This document shows, piece by piece, positions 9,404 to 17,387 of a stretch of DNA of 36,927 nucleotides. Numbering within the stretch: position 1 is the stretch's first letter; each line of letters begins with the position of its first letter. The notes beneath the pieces are model-generated. The model saw only the letters and a program-made list of their open reading frames with translations, ran no database searches and was not told the origin of the DNA. A program made the translations under genes and the position numbers. The stretch is from positions 1 through 36,927 of the forward strand of contig JALPYG010000003.1 in the NCBI GenBank assembly GCA_023271215.1, written 5' to 3'. The DNA is from Dehalococcoidia bacterium. GTDB lineage: Bacteria; Chloroflexota; Dehalococcoidia; SZUA-161; SpSt-899.

Positions 9404-10201
9404 GTGAAAGGTGCCACACGGGACGTAGTCTGCGATCGCTTTTCGGACCAGGGATGGGGCAGGGCCTCAGTTTATGTGCCTAGCGAGATGGAGTTCACAA
9501 TCTATGTAAATGGTCAGGAACTGGTGACCATCCTGTGCACTCCAACCAAGCTGAATTGCCTTGTCCTCGGATTCCTGTACACAGAGGGAATCATCTCAGA
9601 CATCGGCGACGTCGCGAGCATGCGGGTGTGTGAGGAGGAATCGCTGGCCGATGTGATGTTGAGCAATCCTGAGTATAAATTGCCAACGCTGCGGACACTC
9701 ACCTCCGGCTGCGGTGGGGGTGCAGTTTTCCAAACTCGGGGACAGAGGGTTGATTCGGATCTTGTTGTTACACCAACGAAAGTACTATCACTGATGAAGC
9801 AGCTTCAGGAGCAGATGGAGCTGTATCGGCTTAGTGGTGGCGTGCATACCTCAGCTCTGTCCGATACCAACAACCTGCTGGTAGTGGCTGAGGATATCGG
9901 ACGACATAACACCTTCGACAAGATCCAGGGCGAATGCCTATTGAGGGGACTATCAACCAGAGATGGATTGCTACTGAGCACCGGTCGCGTTTCGTCCGAG
10001 ATGTTGCTCAAGGCGGCAAAGATGCAGGCCTCGGTTGTTGTTTCGCGGCACTCGCCGACGGGGAGCGCCATTTCGCTTGCTCGTGATCTGGGCATTGCCC
10101 TGATTGGCTATGCGCATGGCAGCCGCCTGTCGGTGTATTCCCACCCGGAGCGACTTGGCCGCTCAACATTTAGTTCTCTGCAAGTAAAGACTGAAGGCTG
10201 A
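9404..10201 (+). CDS. fdhD: FdhD/FdsC-family sulfurtransferase
   Basis: E..FTIYVNG, CTP..L..LVLGFLYTEG, TSGCG, SGGVH, EDIGRHNTFDK, STGRVSSEM; start uncertain (GTG 9404; the 9341 extension is repeat-derived). Confidence 0.88.
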   Translation: MKGATRDVVCDRFSDQGWGRASVYVPSEMEFTIYVNGQELVTILCTPTKLNCLVLGFLYTEGIISDIGDVASMRVCEEESLADVMLSNPEYKLPTLRTLTSGCGGGAVFQTRGQRVDSDLVVTPTKVLSLMKQLQEQMELYRLSGGVHTSALSDTNNLLVVAEDIGRHNTFDKIQGECLLRGLSTRDGLLLSTGRVSSEMLLKAAKMQASVVVSRHSPTGSAISLARDLGIALIGYAHGSRLSVYSHPERLGRSTFSSLQVKTEG

Positions 10202-10272
10202 AGACTGAAGGCTGAACCGTGAACCGTGAACCTTGAACGGTGAACCTTGAACCTTGAACGGTGAACCTTGAA
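10189..10272. repeat. Heptamer arrays (CTGAAG(A/G))n then (GAACC(G/T)T)n
   Basis: GACTGAAGGCTGAAGACTGAAGGCTGAACCGTGAACCGTGAACCTTGAACGGTGAACCTTGAACC...; contains the fdhD stop. Confidence 0.85.
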
Positions 10273-10287
10273 TAAGGGCGGAGAGAA

Positions 10288-13200
10288 GTGAAAAAAGAAC
10301 CCGTTGAAGGGCAGCATTTTAGAATTCCCGCAGACAGCAATTTTGGAGATGTTATGGTTGTCGGTGGAGGGATCAGCGGTATTCAAGCCGCTCTTGATCT
10401 GGCCACTGCAGGTTATAAGGTTTATTTGGTAGAGAAATCACCGACCATTGGCGGCAAGATGGCCCAGCTTGATAAGACCTTTCCCACTAATGACTGCTCC
10501 ATGTGCATTGAATCTCCTAAGTTTATCGAATGTGACAGGCATCCCAATATAGAGATTCTGACCTATACCGAGGTTGACGGTATAGAAGGGGAAGCAGGAG
10601 ACTTCAAGGTAAAACTGATTAAGAAGCCCAGATACATTATAGAGGGCAGATGCACGGGTTGTACTACCTGCGTAGAGTACTGCCCGGTCCCGGCCGGTGA
10701 CCCATTTAATCAGAATTTATCGAATACTAAGGCTGTCCGTATATACTTCGCTCAAGCAATCCCCCTTGTCACTTATATAGACCCCGAAACCTGCCTTTAC
10801 CTTGAAGACGGGAAATGCACTATTTGCGAAGGAGTCTGTAAAAATGACGCCATAGACCTTCATCAAACGGCCGAGAAGGTAGAAGTAAGAGTAGGGGCGA
10901 TAGTTCTGTCTCCGGGCTATGAGGTATTTGACCCTAAATTGAGGGGCGACTATGGCTACGGAAAGTTTGAGAACGTGGTAACCAGTCTTGACTTTGAACG
11001 GCTATTATGTGCCTCCGGGCCATTCGAAGGTGAGATACTGCGCCCTTCCGACATGAAGCATCCACACAATATAGCCTGGATTCACTGCGTCGGTTCCAGA
11101 CGGGTTACCCCGGGCGATAACAGCTATTGTTCCGCGGTATGCTGCACGTATACCCAGAAGCAGGTGATTTTGACAAAAGACCACGACGCCGAGGCCAGGG
11201 CTACGATATTCCATAACGACATTCGGTCCTATGGCAAGGGTTTCGAACGATTCTATCAAAGAGCAGAGAATCTTCCCGGGGTTCGATTTATAAGAAGCTA
11301 CGTATCAATAGGAAAAGAGATCCCGGAAAGCAAGAATGTAACTATACGATACTCTACTACCGAGGAGGGAGTAAAGGAAGAAGAGTTCGATCTGGTGGTA
11401 TTATCTGTTGGAATGAATCCTCCTGCTGATGTGGAGGGCCTGGCAAATACGTTCGGCATCGAGCTCAATTCTCACGGATTCCTCAAAACCAATCCTGCCA
11501 ATCCCATTGAGACATCTCGCCCGGGAATTTTTGTAAGCGGAGCCTTCCAGGGTCCTATGGATATCCCCGAGTCGGTTATGACCGCCAGCGGGGCTGCTTC
11601 CTACTGCGGTCAACTCCTTTCTTGCCGGCGAGGGAAGCTGTCCAAAGAAAGGATGTATCCGCCGGAAAGGGATGTCTCGGAAGAGGAGCCCAGGGTGGGT
11701 GTTTTTGTGTGTCATTGTGGAGCTAATATCGGAAGAGTGGTAGATGTTCCTTCCGTAGTTGAATATGCCTTGACCTTAGACAATGTTGTCCACGCTCAAG
11801 AAAATCTCTTTTCGTGTTCTACTGATGCTGCCGAGCAAATATCAAACACGATCCGCGAAAAAGGGCTCAATCGCGTGGTTGTCGCCGCCTGCACCCCCAG
11901 GACACATGAGCCGCTATTCCGGGACACACTTCGGGAGGGGGGAATTAATCAATATTTCTTCGACATGGCTAATATTAGAGAACATTGCTCCTGGGTCCAC
12001 TCTCGAGAAAAGGAAGATGCCACCGAAAAGGCAAAGGATATAGTCCGGATGTCGGTAGCTCGAACTCTTAGTTTGCAGCCCTTGCAGGAATTTGATCTGC
12101 CCGTCAGCAAGACGGGGTTGGTGGTCGGAGGAGGCCTGGCCGGGATGACCAGTGCTCTGAGCTTAGCCAACCAGGGATTTGAGGTTCACCTGGTAGAAAA
12201 GGATACAGACCTGGGGGGAATGGCGCGAAGAATTCATTTCACCCTGGAAGGGCTGGATGTTCAAGCATATTTGCGTGATGTTATACGCAAGGTATATCAG
12301 CATCCCTTAATACATGTATCACATGATGCTACCATAACTGATGTTTCCGGTTACGTGGGGAATTTCATAACCACGGTGGAATCTGAAGGAAGGGTCAAAG
12401 TGATACACCATGGCGCAACCATCCTTGCTACTGGTGCCGACGAATATAGACCCACCGAATACCTTTACGGGGAAGGCAGGGTATTGACCCTGCTGGAGTT
12501 GGAGGAGCAAATCGCCAGGGGAGAAGAAAGGCTGATTAACTCCCAGAGTCTGGTGATGATCCAATGTGTAGGTTGCAGAGAAGAGGACAGAAATTACTGC
12601 GCCCGGGTATGTTGCAGCCAGGCTATAAAGAACGCCTTGAAACTAAGAGAGATAAACCCCCGGATGGATATCTACATTCTCTATCGGGACATGATGACGT
12701 ATGGGTTGAGTGAGGATTATTATCGAGAAGCGTCAGACAAGGATGTGAAGTTCATCCGCTATGAGGCGCATGATAAACCTCAGGTGGAAGCTGTTGAGGA
12801 GGATGGTCAGTCTATCTTAAGGGTTACCGTGACCGATCCTATTTTAGGTCAGACGCTTGCTATAGATGCGGATTCACTCGCTCTGGCTGCCGCCGTTATT
12901 CCCTCGGCAGGAAGTCAGGAAATATCCCGATTATTCAAGGTACCCTTGAGCCCGGAGGGCTTCTTCCAGGAAGCTCATGTAAAATTAAGGCCCGTGGACT
13001 TCGCTGCAGATGGCGTTTTCCTGTGCGGAATAGCTCACTATCCCAAGCATATATCAGAAACGATTAGCCAGGCTTATGGAGCTGCCGGCCGGGCCGTAAC
13101 TATTCTTTCAAAGGATTCAGTCATAGCCTCAGGTGCTATTTGCGAGGTAAATGAAAGTGAGTGCGTAGGGTGTGGGGCGTGTCAATCGGTTTGTCAATAC

Positions 13201-13416
13201 GGTGCTATAGAGCTTCATGATACACGACAAGGCAAAAAGGCCAGGGTTATTCCTGTTCTCTGTAAAGGAGATGGTCTCTGTAACGCAAAGTGTCCAACGG
13301 GGGCTATTTCACTAAAGCACTATACCGATGAAGAGGTCTTTCGCCAAATCGACGCCGCGGTTCCAGCCTTACGTGGAGAAGTCAGAAGTCAGAGAATAGA
13401 GAACAGAATCGTCTGA
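10288..13416 (+). CDS. bamE: HdrA-like electron-bifurcating FAD/Fe-S subunit of class II BCR
   Basis: Two GGGxxG FAD-binding modules, LDKTFPTNDCSMC, HCVGSR...YCSAVCC, VFVCHCG, NIREHCSWVH, C-terminal 2x[4Fe-4S]. Confidence 0.9.
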   Translation: MKKEPVEGQHFRIPADSNFGDVMVVGGGISGIQAALDLATAGYKVYLVEKSPTIGGKMAQLDKTFPTNDCSMCIESPKFIECDRHPNIEILTYTEVDGIEGEAGDFKVKLIKKPRYIIEGRCTGCTTCVEYCPVPAGDPFNQNLSNTKAVRIYFAQAIPLVTYIDPETCLYLEDGKCTICEGVCKNDAIDLHQTAEKVEVRVGAIVLSPGYEVFDPKLRGDYGYGKFENVVTSLDFERLLCASGPFEGEILRPSDMKHPHNIAWIHCVGSRRVTPGDNSYCSAVCCTYTQKQVILTKDHDAEARATIFHNDIRSYGKGFERFYQRAENLPGVRFIRSYVSIGKEIPESKNVTIRYSTTEEGVKEEEFDLVVLSVGMNPPADVEGLANTFGIELNSHGFLKTNPANPIETSRPGIFVSGAFQGPMDIPESVMTASGAASYCGQLLSCRRGKLSKERMYPPERDVSEEEPRVGVFVCHCGANIGRVVDVPSVVEYALTLDNVVHAQENLFSCSTDAAEQISNTIREKGLNRVVVAACTPRTHEPLFRDTLREGGINQYFFDMANIREHCSWVHSREKEDATEKAKDIVRMSVARTLSLQPLQEFDLPVSKTGLVVGGGLAGMTSALSLANQGFEVHLVEKDTDLGGMARRIHFTLEGLDVQAYLRDVIRKVYQHPLIHVSHDATITDVSGYVGNFITTVESEGRVKVIHHGATILATGADEYRPTEYLYGEGRVLTLLELEEQIARGEERLINSQSLVMIQCVGCREEDRNYCARVCCSQAIKNALKLREINPRMDIYILYRDMMTYGLSEDYYREASDKDVKFIRYEAHDKPQVEAVEEDGQSILRVTVTDPILGQTLAIDADSLALAAAVIPSAGSQEISRLFKVPLSPEGFFQEAHVKLRPVDFAADGVFLCGIAHYPKHISETISQAYGAAGRAVTILSKDSVIASGAICEVNESECVGCGACQSVCQYGAIELHDTRQGKKARVIPVLCKGDGLCNAKCPTGAISLKHYTDEEVFRQIDAAVPALRGEVRSQRIENRIV

Positions 13417-13445
13417 CCTCTGACTTCTATTTTCTGTCTTCTGCC
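13377..13445. repeat. Heptamer palindrome (AGAAGTC)n...(TGACTTC)n over the bamE stop
   Basis: AGAAGTCAGAAGTCAGAG pairs with TCTGACCTCTGACTTCT; adds the EVRSQRIENRIV tail. Confidence 0.75.
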
Positions 13446-13462
13446 TTAGGAGTGAGATAAGA

Positions 13463-14230
13463 ATGGGTACAGGGTTTGAGTTTAAGCCAAGGATCTTAGG
13501 TTTTTTATGCAATTGGTGCTGCTACGCAGGGGCCGACCTTGCCGGAGTTTCCCGGTATCAATACCCCCCTCACATAAGGGTGATAAGGCTGATGTGCTCC
13601 GGCAGAGTAGACCTGGCATTTATTCTCCGAGCTTTCTCAAACGGAACAGACGGGGTGTTTATCGGCGGTTGTTGGCTGGGCGAATGCCATTATATTACCG
13701 AAGGGAATTACGATGCATTAAGCATGATGCATCTATGTAGAAAATTACTGGAGCACATAGGAGTGAACCCCGACAGGTTAAGGCTTGAATGGGTATCTGC
13801 CTCTGAAGGAATCCGTTTCGCCGAAATTATGAATGACTTTACCAGGAAGCTGAAGGAGTTAGGTCCTCTTGGAATAGGCGAAGGAAGAGACGTAAATGGA
13901 TTGAAATTAAAACTTGAAGCAGCTAGAAATTTGGTTCCCTACATTAAGCTGGTGGAAAGGGAGAGATTGAGAGTACATTTTGATACCGAAGACGAATATA
14001 ACGAATTCTTCACCAGTGACGAGGTAAATTGGTTATTCGACGAATTAATTGGTGATAAATTGTCACTAAGCCAAATAATGTTACTCCTGCGGGAAAGACC
14101 CCTTTCAACCGGTGAAATCTCCGAGATTTTAGGCCTAAGCCTGTCTGAAGTATCAAGACACCTTAATATTTCAGCAAGGAAAGGATTGACCAGATTCAGC
14201 GAAAGGCAGAAACGCTTTGCGCCTGCTTGA
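13463..14230 (+). CDS. bamF: MvhD-like [2Fe-2S] subunit with C-terminal winged-helix extension
   Basis: GFLCNWCCYAGADLAG, RLMCSGRVD, GGCWLGECHY, EWVSASEG; C-terminal LSTGEISEILGLSLSEVSRHL HTH; no in-frame TGA. Confidence 0.85.
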   Translation: MGTGFEFKPRILGFLCNWCCYAGADLAGVSRYQYPPHIRVIRLMCSGRVDLAFILRAFSNGTDGVFIGGCWLGECHYITEGNYDALSMMHLCRKLLEHIGVNPDRLRLEWVSASEGIRFAEIMNDFTRKLKELGPLGIGEGRDVNGLKLKLEAARNLVPYIKLVERERLRVHFDTEDEYNEFFTSDEVNWLFDELIGDKLSLSQIMLLLRERPLSTGEISEILGLSLSEVSRHLNISARKGLTRFSERQKRFAPA

Positions 14231-14265
14231 GGGGAAAGCGAAAAGACCAGAAATAGGACAGAAGC

Positions 14266-14718
14266 ATGGATCACGATAAAACTGACCAGATCATAAATAA
14301 ATATCAGGGCGATGCCAGTTCACTAATTCAGATATTACTGGAGATTCAGAGCCAAAATCGTTGGCTTCCTAGAGAAGTATTAGAGAAGGTCAGCAAGAAA
14401 TTAGAAGTGCCTTTAAATCGGATACAGCATATAGTCACCTTTTATAAAGCCTTCAGTTTAATCCCTAAAGGACGCCATGAAATTCACGTATGTATGGGCA
14501 CTGCCTGCCATGTTCGTGGTGCGACGCGCGTCCTCGAGACGGTGCAAGACCTGACCGGAATTAAACCCGGCGAAACGGACTTTGATTTGAAGTTCAGCCT
14601 GGAAACTGTTAACTGCATCGGCTGCTGTGCTTTAGGACCGGTGATGGAAATCGATGGGAAGACCCACGGTAAGTTGGCGCCGGCCGAGACAGCAGACGTA
14701 TTGAAAAACTATGAGTAG
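14266..14718 (+). CDS. bamG: NuoE-like [2Fe-2S] subunit
   Basis: VTFYKAF, VCMGTACHVRG, VNCIGCCALGP. Confidence 0.88.
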   Translation: MDHDKTDQIINKYQGDASSLIQILLEIQSQNRWLPREVLEKVSKKLEVPLNRIQHIVTFYKAFSLIPKGRHEIHVCMGTACHVRGATRVLETVQDLTGIKPGETDFDLKFSLETVNCIGCCALGPVMEIDGKTHGKLAPAETADVLKNYE

Positions 14719-14727
14719 GATAAAACT

Positions 14728-16644
14728 ATGTCGCCGATAAATTCGCCCGCTGAATTGGAAGAATTCAGGAAGGGCATCATGTCGAGAAGAGACCCAGCCA
14801 CGCCCTGCGTTTCAATATGTGCCGGTACCGGTTGTATTGCCTCCGGTGCGGATGAAGTCATCGTAGCTTTCAAAGCAGAGATTGAAAAGCGGGACTTACA
14901 GGCTGATGTGGATATCAAAGGGACCGGGTGCCCTGGATTCTGTGAGCGAGGGCCGGTGGTGATTATTTATCCCGAGGAGATATGCTATCTCCAGGTAACG
15001 CCTGAAGATGTTTCCGATATTGTCTCACAGACCATAGAGGCATCAGGGGGAGACCCCCTGAAACCCCCCGTCGTCGATCGTCTTCTCTACGTTGACCCCA
15101 CCACGGGCGAAAAAGCAATCCATGAATCCGATATCCCCTTTTATAAGAATCAAAAACGAAACTTGATCTGCGATAATACTAAGATTGATTCAAAGAGCAT
15201 CGATGACTATCTGGCGATTGATGGTTATTCCGCATTAGCCAAAGCTCTTACCGGAATGACTCCCGAGGAAGTATTGGAGGAAGTAAAAAAATCAAACCTG
15301 AGAGGGAGGGGTGGTGGCGGTTTTCCCACGGGAAGAAAGTGGGAAGGTTCCCGCAATGTCCCTGAGCCAATAAAATATGTGATCGTCAATGCCGATGAGG
15401 GTGACCCCGGTGCATTCATGGATAGAGCTCTCCTCGAAGGAAATCCTCATTCAATCCTTGAGGGGTTGATCATCGGAGGCTATGCCATCGGTGCCCACGA
15501 GGGCTATGTTTACGTTCGGCAGGAATACCCCCTGGCAGTTGAAAATGTGACCCTCGCGATCAAGCAAGCTGAGGAATATGGTTTTCTGGGGAAAAACATC
15601 CTTGGCTCGGGCTTTGATTTCACGGTTAAGGTGCACCAGGGGGCCGGCGCTTTCGTTTCTGGTGAATCGACTGCTCTGATGAGGGCATTGGAGGGCAGCG
15701 TAGGTGAGCCCCGACCGAAGTATATTCGCTCCAACGTCAAGGGCCTTTGGGAAAAACCCAGCGTGATGAATAATGTTGAGACGTGGGCGAATGTGCCGCT
15801 GATCATCAATAGGGGCGCTGACTGGTTTACGCAATTCGGAACGGAAGGAAGCAAGGGTACGAAGATTTTTTCCCTGGTCGGCAAGATAACCAATACCGGC
15901 CTTGTGGAAGTACCCATGGGCATGACCCTGAAAGATATTGTCTACAAGATAGGTGGCGGCATCCCTGGAGGCAAGAGATTCAAAGCAATACAGACCGGGG
16001 GACCGTCCGGAGGATGTATCCCTGAAGAACATTTAGATATAAAAGTTGATTTTGACGAACTCACCAAAGCCGGCTCGATGATGGGTTCAGGCGGGATGAT
16101 CGTCATGGATGAAGATACCTGTATGGTTGATGTCGCCAGGTACTTCCTTAATTTCCTCGCTGATGAATCGTGTGGCAAATGTGTCCCATGCCGTGAAGGC
16201 ATCAGGCAGATGCTTAAGATTCTGACCAATATCACCAAAGGAAAGGGACGAGTGGGCGATATCGAGTTTTTAGAGGAGCTATCCGAGGTAACTAGAGACG
16301 CCTCTCTTTGTGCCTTAGGGAGGACTGCTCCTAACCCGGTCTTAAGCACCATACGCTACTTCAGAGACGAGTATGAGGCACACATCAAGGAGAGGAAGTG
16401 CCCCGCCTATGTCTGCAAGGAGCTAATCTCGTACTACATTGACCCCGACAAGTGCGAAGCTTGCATGATTTGCCTTAGGAAATGCCCCGTAGAGGCAATC
16501 ACAGGCGGCAAGAACCAGATCCATGTAATCGACCAGGAGAAATGCACAAAGTGTGAGACTTGCTTCGAAGTTTGTCCTCCACGCTTTGGTGCAGTGAAAA
16601 AGATTTCCGGTGAGCTTGTTCCGGTTTCTCAGCCTGAAGACTGA
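14728..16644 (+). CDS. bamH: NuoF-like FMN/NADH-binding subunit
   Basis: LRGRGGGGFPTGRKW, NADEGDPGAFMDR, ESCGKCVPCREG, N-terminal thioredoxin-like 2Fe-2S domain and C-terminal 2x[4Fe-4S]. Confidence 0.9.
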   Translation: MSPINSPAELEEFRKGIMSRRDPATPCVSICAGTGCIASGADEVIVAFKAEIEKRDLQADVDIKGTGCPGFCERGPVVIIYPEEICYLQVTPEDVSDIVSQTIEASGGDPLKPPVVDRLLYVDPTTGEKAIHESDIPFYKNQKRNLICDNTKIDSKSIDDYLAIDGYSALAKALTGMTPEEVLEEVKKSNLRGRGGGGFPTGRKWEGSRNVPEPIKYVIVNADEGDPGAFMDRALLEGNPHSILEGLIIGGYAIGAHEGYVYVRQEYPLAVENVTLAIKQAEEYGFLGKNILGSGFDFTVKVHQGAGAFVSGESTALMRALEGSVGEPRPKYIRSNVKGLWEKPSVMNNVETWANVPLIINRGADWFTQFGTEGSKGTKIFSLVGKITNTGLVEVPMGMTLKDIVYKIGGGIPGGKRFKAIQTGGPSGGCIPEEHLDIKVDFDELTKAGSMMGSGGMIVMDEDTCMVDVARYFLNFLADESCGKCVPCREGIRQMLKILTNITKGKGRVGDIEFLEELSEVTRDASLCALGRTAPNPVLSTIRYFRDEYEAHIKERKCPAYVCKELISYYIDPDKCEACMICLRKCPVEAITGGKNQIHVIDQEKCTKCETCFEVCPPRFGAVKKISGELVPVSQPED

Positions 16645-16698
16645 AGACTGAAGGCTTAAGCGATCAACCTTGAACCGTGAACCGTGAACCTTGAACCA
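16633..16698. repeat. Heptamer arrays (CTGAAGA)n and (GAACC(G/T)T)n
   Basis: CCTGAAGACTGAAGACTGAAGG...CCTTGAACCGTGAACCGTGAACCTTGAACC; contains the bamH stop. Confidence 0.8.
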
Positions 16699-16710
16699 GG
16701 GTAAAGAAAG

Positions 16711-17361
16711 ATGAGTGAAATCCTTTTACAGATTGACGGAAGAGAAGTTAAAACAAGGGAAGGGGCGACCATTTTGGAGGCAGCACAAAGCGCAGGAATT
16801 GACATCCCTACGCTATGTCATCATGAAAAATTGGAACCTTATGGGGCCTGCCGAATTTGTACAGTAGAAGTAGAAACTCGCGGTAGGACAAATTTCGTTG
16901 CTGCCTGCCTTTACCCTGTAGAAGAAAATCTGGTGGTAAGAACCAGATCGGAGAAGATAGATAAAATTCGCAAGGTACTTGTGGAGTGGCTGCTGGCTCA
17001 TGCTCCAGAATCCAGGGTATTGCAAAATCTGGCTCAGGAATATAGAGTAAAGGAAGCTCGTTTTGAAAAAGAGCCGTCATTTTGCATTCTTTGCGGTCTA
17101 TGTGTAAGATATTGCGCCGAGGTCAAAAAGAAAAACGCTATTGGATTTGCTGAGAGAGGAGTAAGACGAGAGGTGATTTTCATCCCAGAGATAGCCTCTA
17201 AGGAGTGCTGGAAGTGCCAGGAATGTTTTTCGCTTTGCCCCACAGAGGCAGTACAAGCAACATTTCTCTTAACTGAAGCGCTTTGTAACTACCCGGGTTC
17301 CAGGTTCCGGGTTCACGGTTCAACGGTTAGGCAGTGCCAACCTCGCAACCTTGAACCTTGA
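16711..17361 (+). CDS. bamI: NuoG N-terminal-like Fe-S subunit
   Basis: IPTLCH...GACRICTVE...AAC [2Fe-2S], CILCGLCVRYC, CWKCQECFSLCP; last ~24 aa are repeat-derived. Confidence 0.85.
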   Translation: MSEILLQIDGREVKTREGATILEAAQSAGIDIPTLCHHEKLEPYGACRICTVEVETRGRTNFVAACLYPVEENLVVRTRSEKIDKIRKVLVEWLLAHAPESRVLQNLAQEYRVKEARFEKEPSFCILCGLCVRYCAEVKKKNAIGFAERGVRREVIFIPEIASKECWKCQECFSLCPTEAVQATFLLTEALCNYPGSRFRVHGSTVRQCQPRNLEP

Positions 17362-17387
17362 ACCTTCAACCTTGAACCTTGAACCTT
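17285..17387. repeat. Heptamer-palindrome element forming the bamI C-terminus
   Basis: GTAACTACCCGGG terminus, GGTTC-type arm and (GAACCTT)n arm running up to the next ATG. Confidence 0.8.

Noticed and set aside
9182-10272. Heptamer arrays as a CRISPR array
   Set aside because: Units are 7-bp tandem repeats with no unique spacers, and no cas genes are present.
14266-17361. Respiratory complex I or a bifurcating hydrogenase
   Set aside because: No membrane Nuo subunits, and the NuoG-like protein has no H-cluster or catalytic domain.
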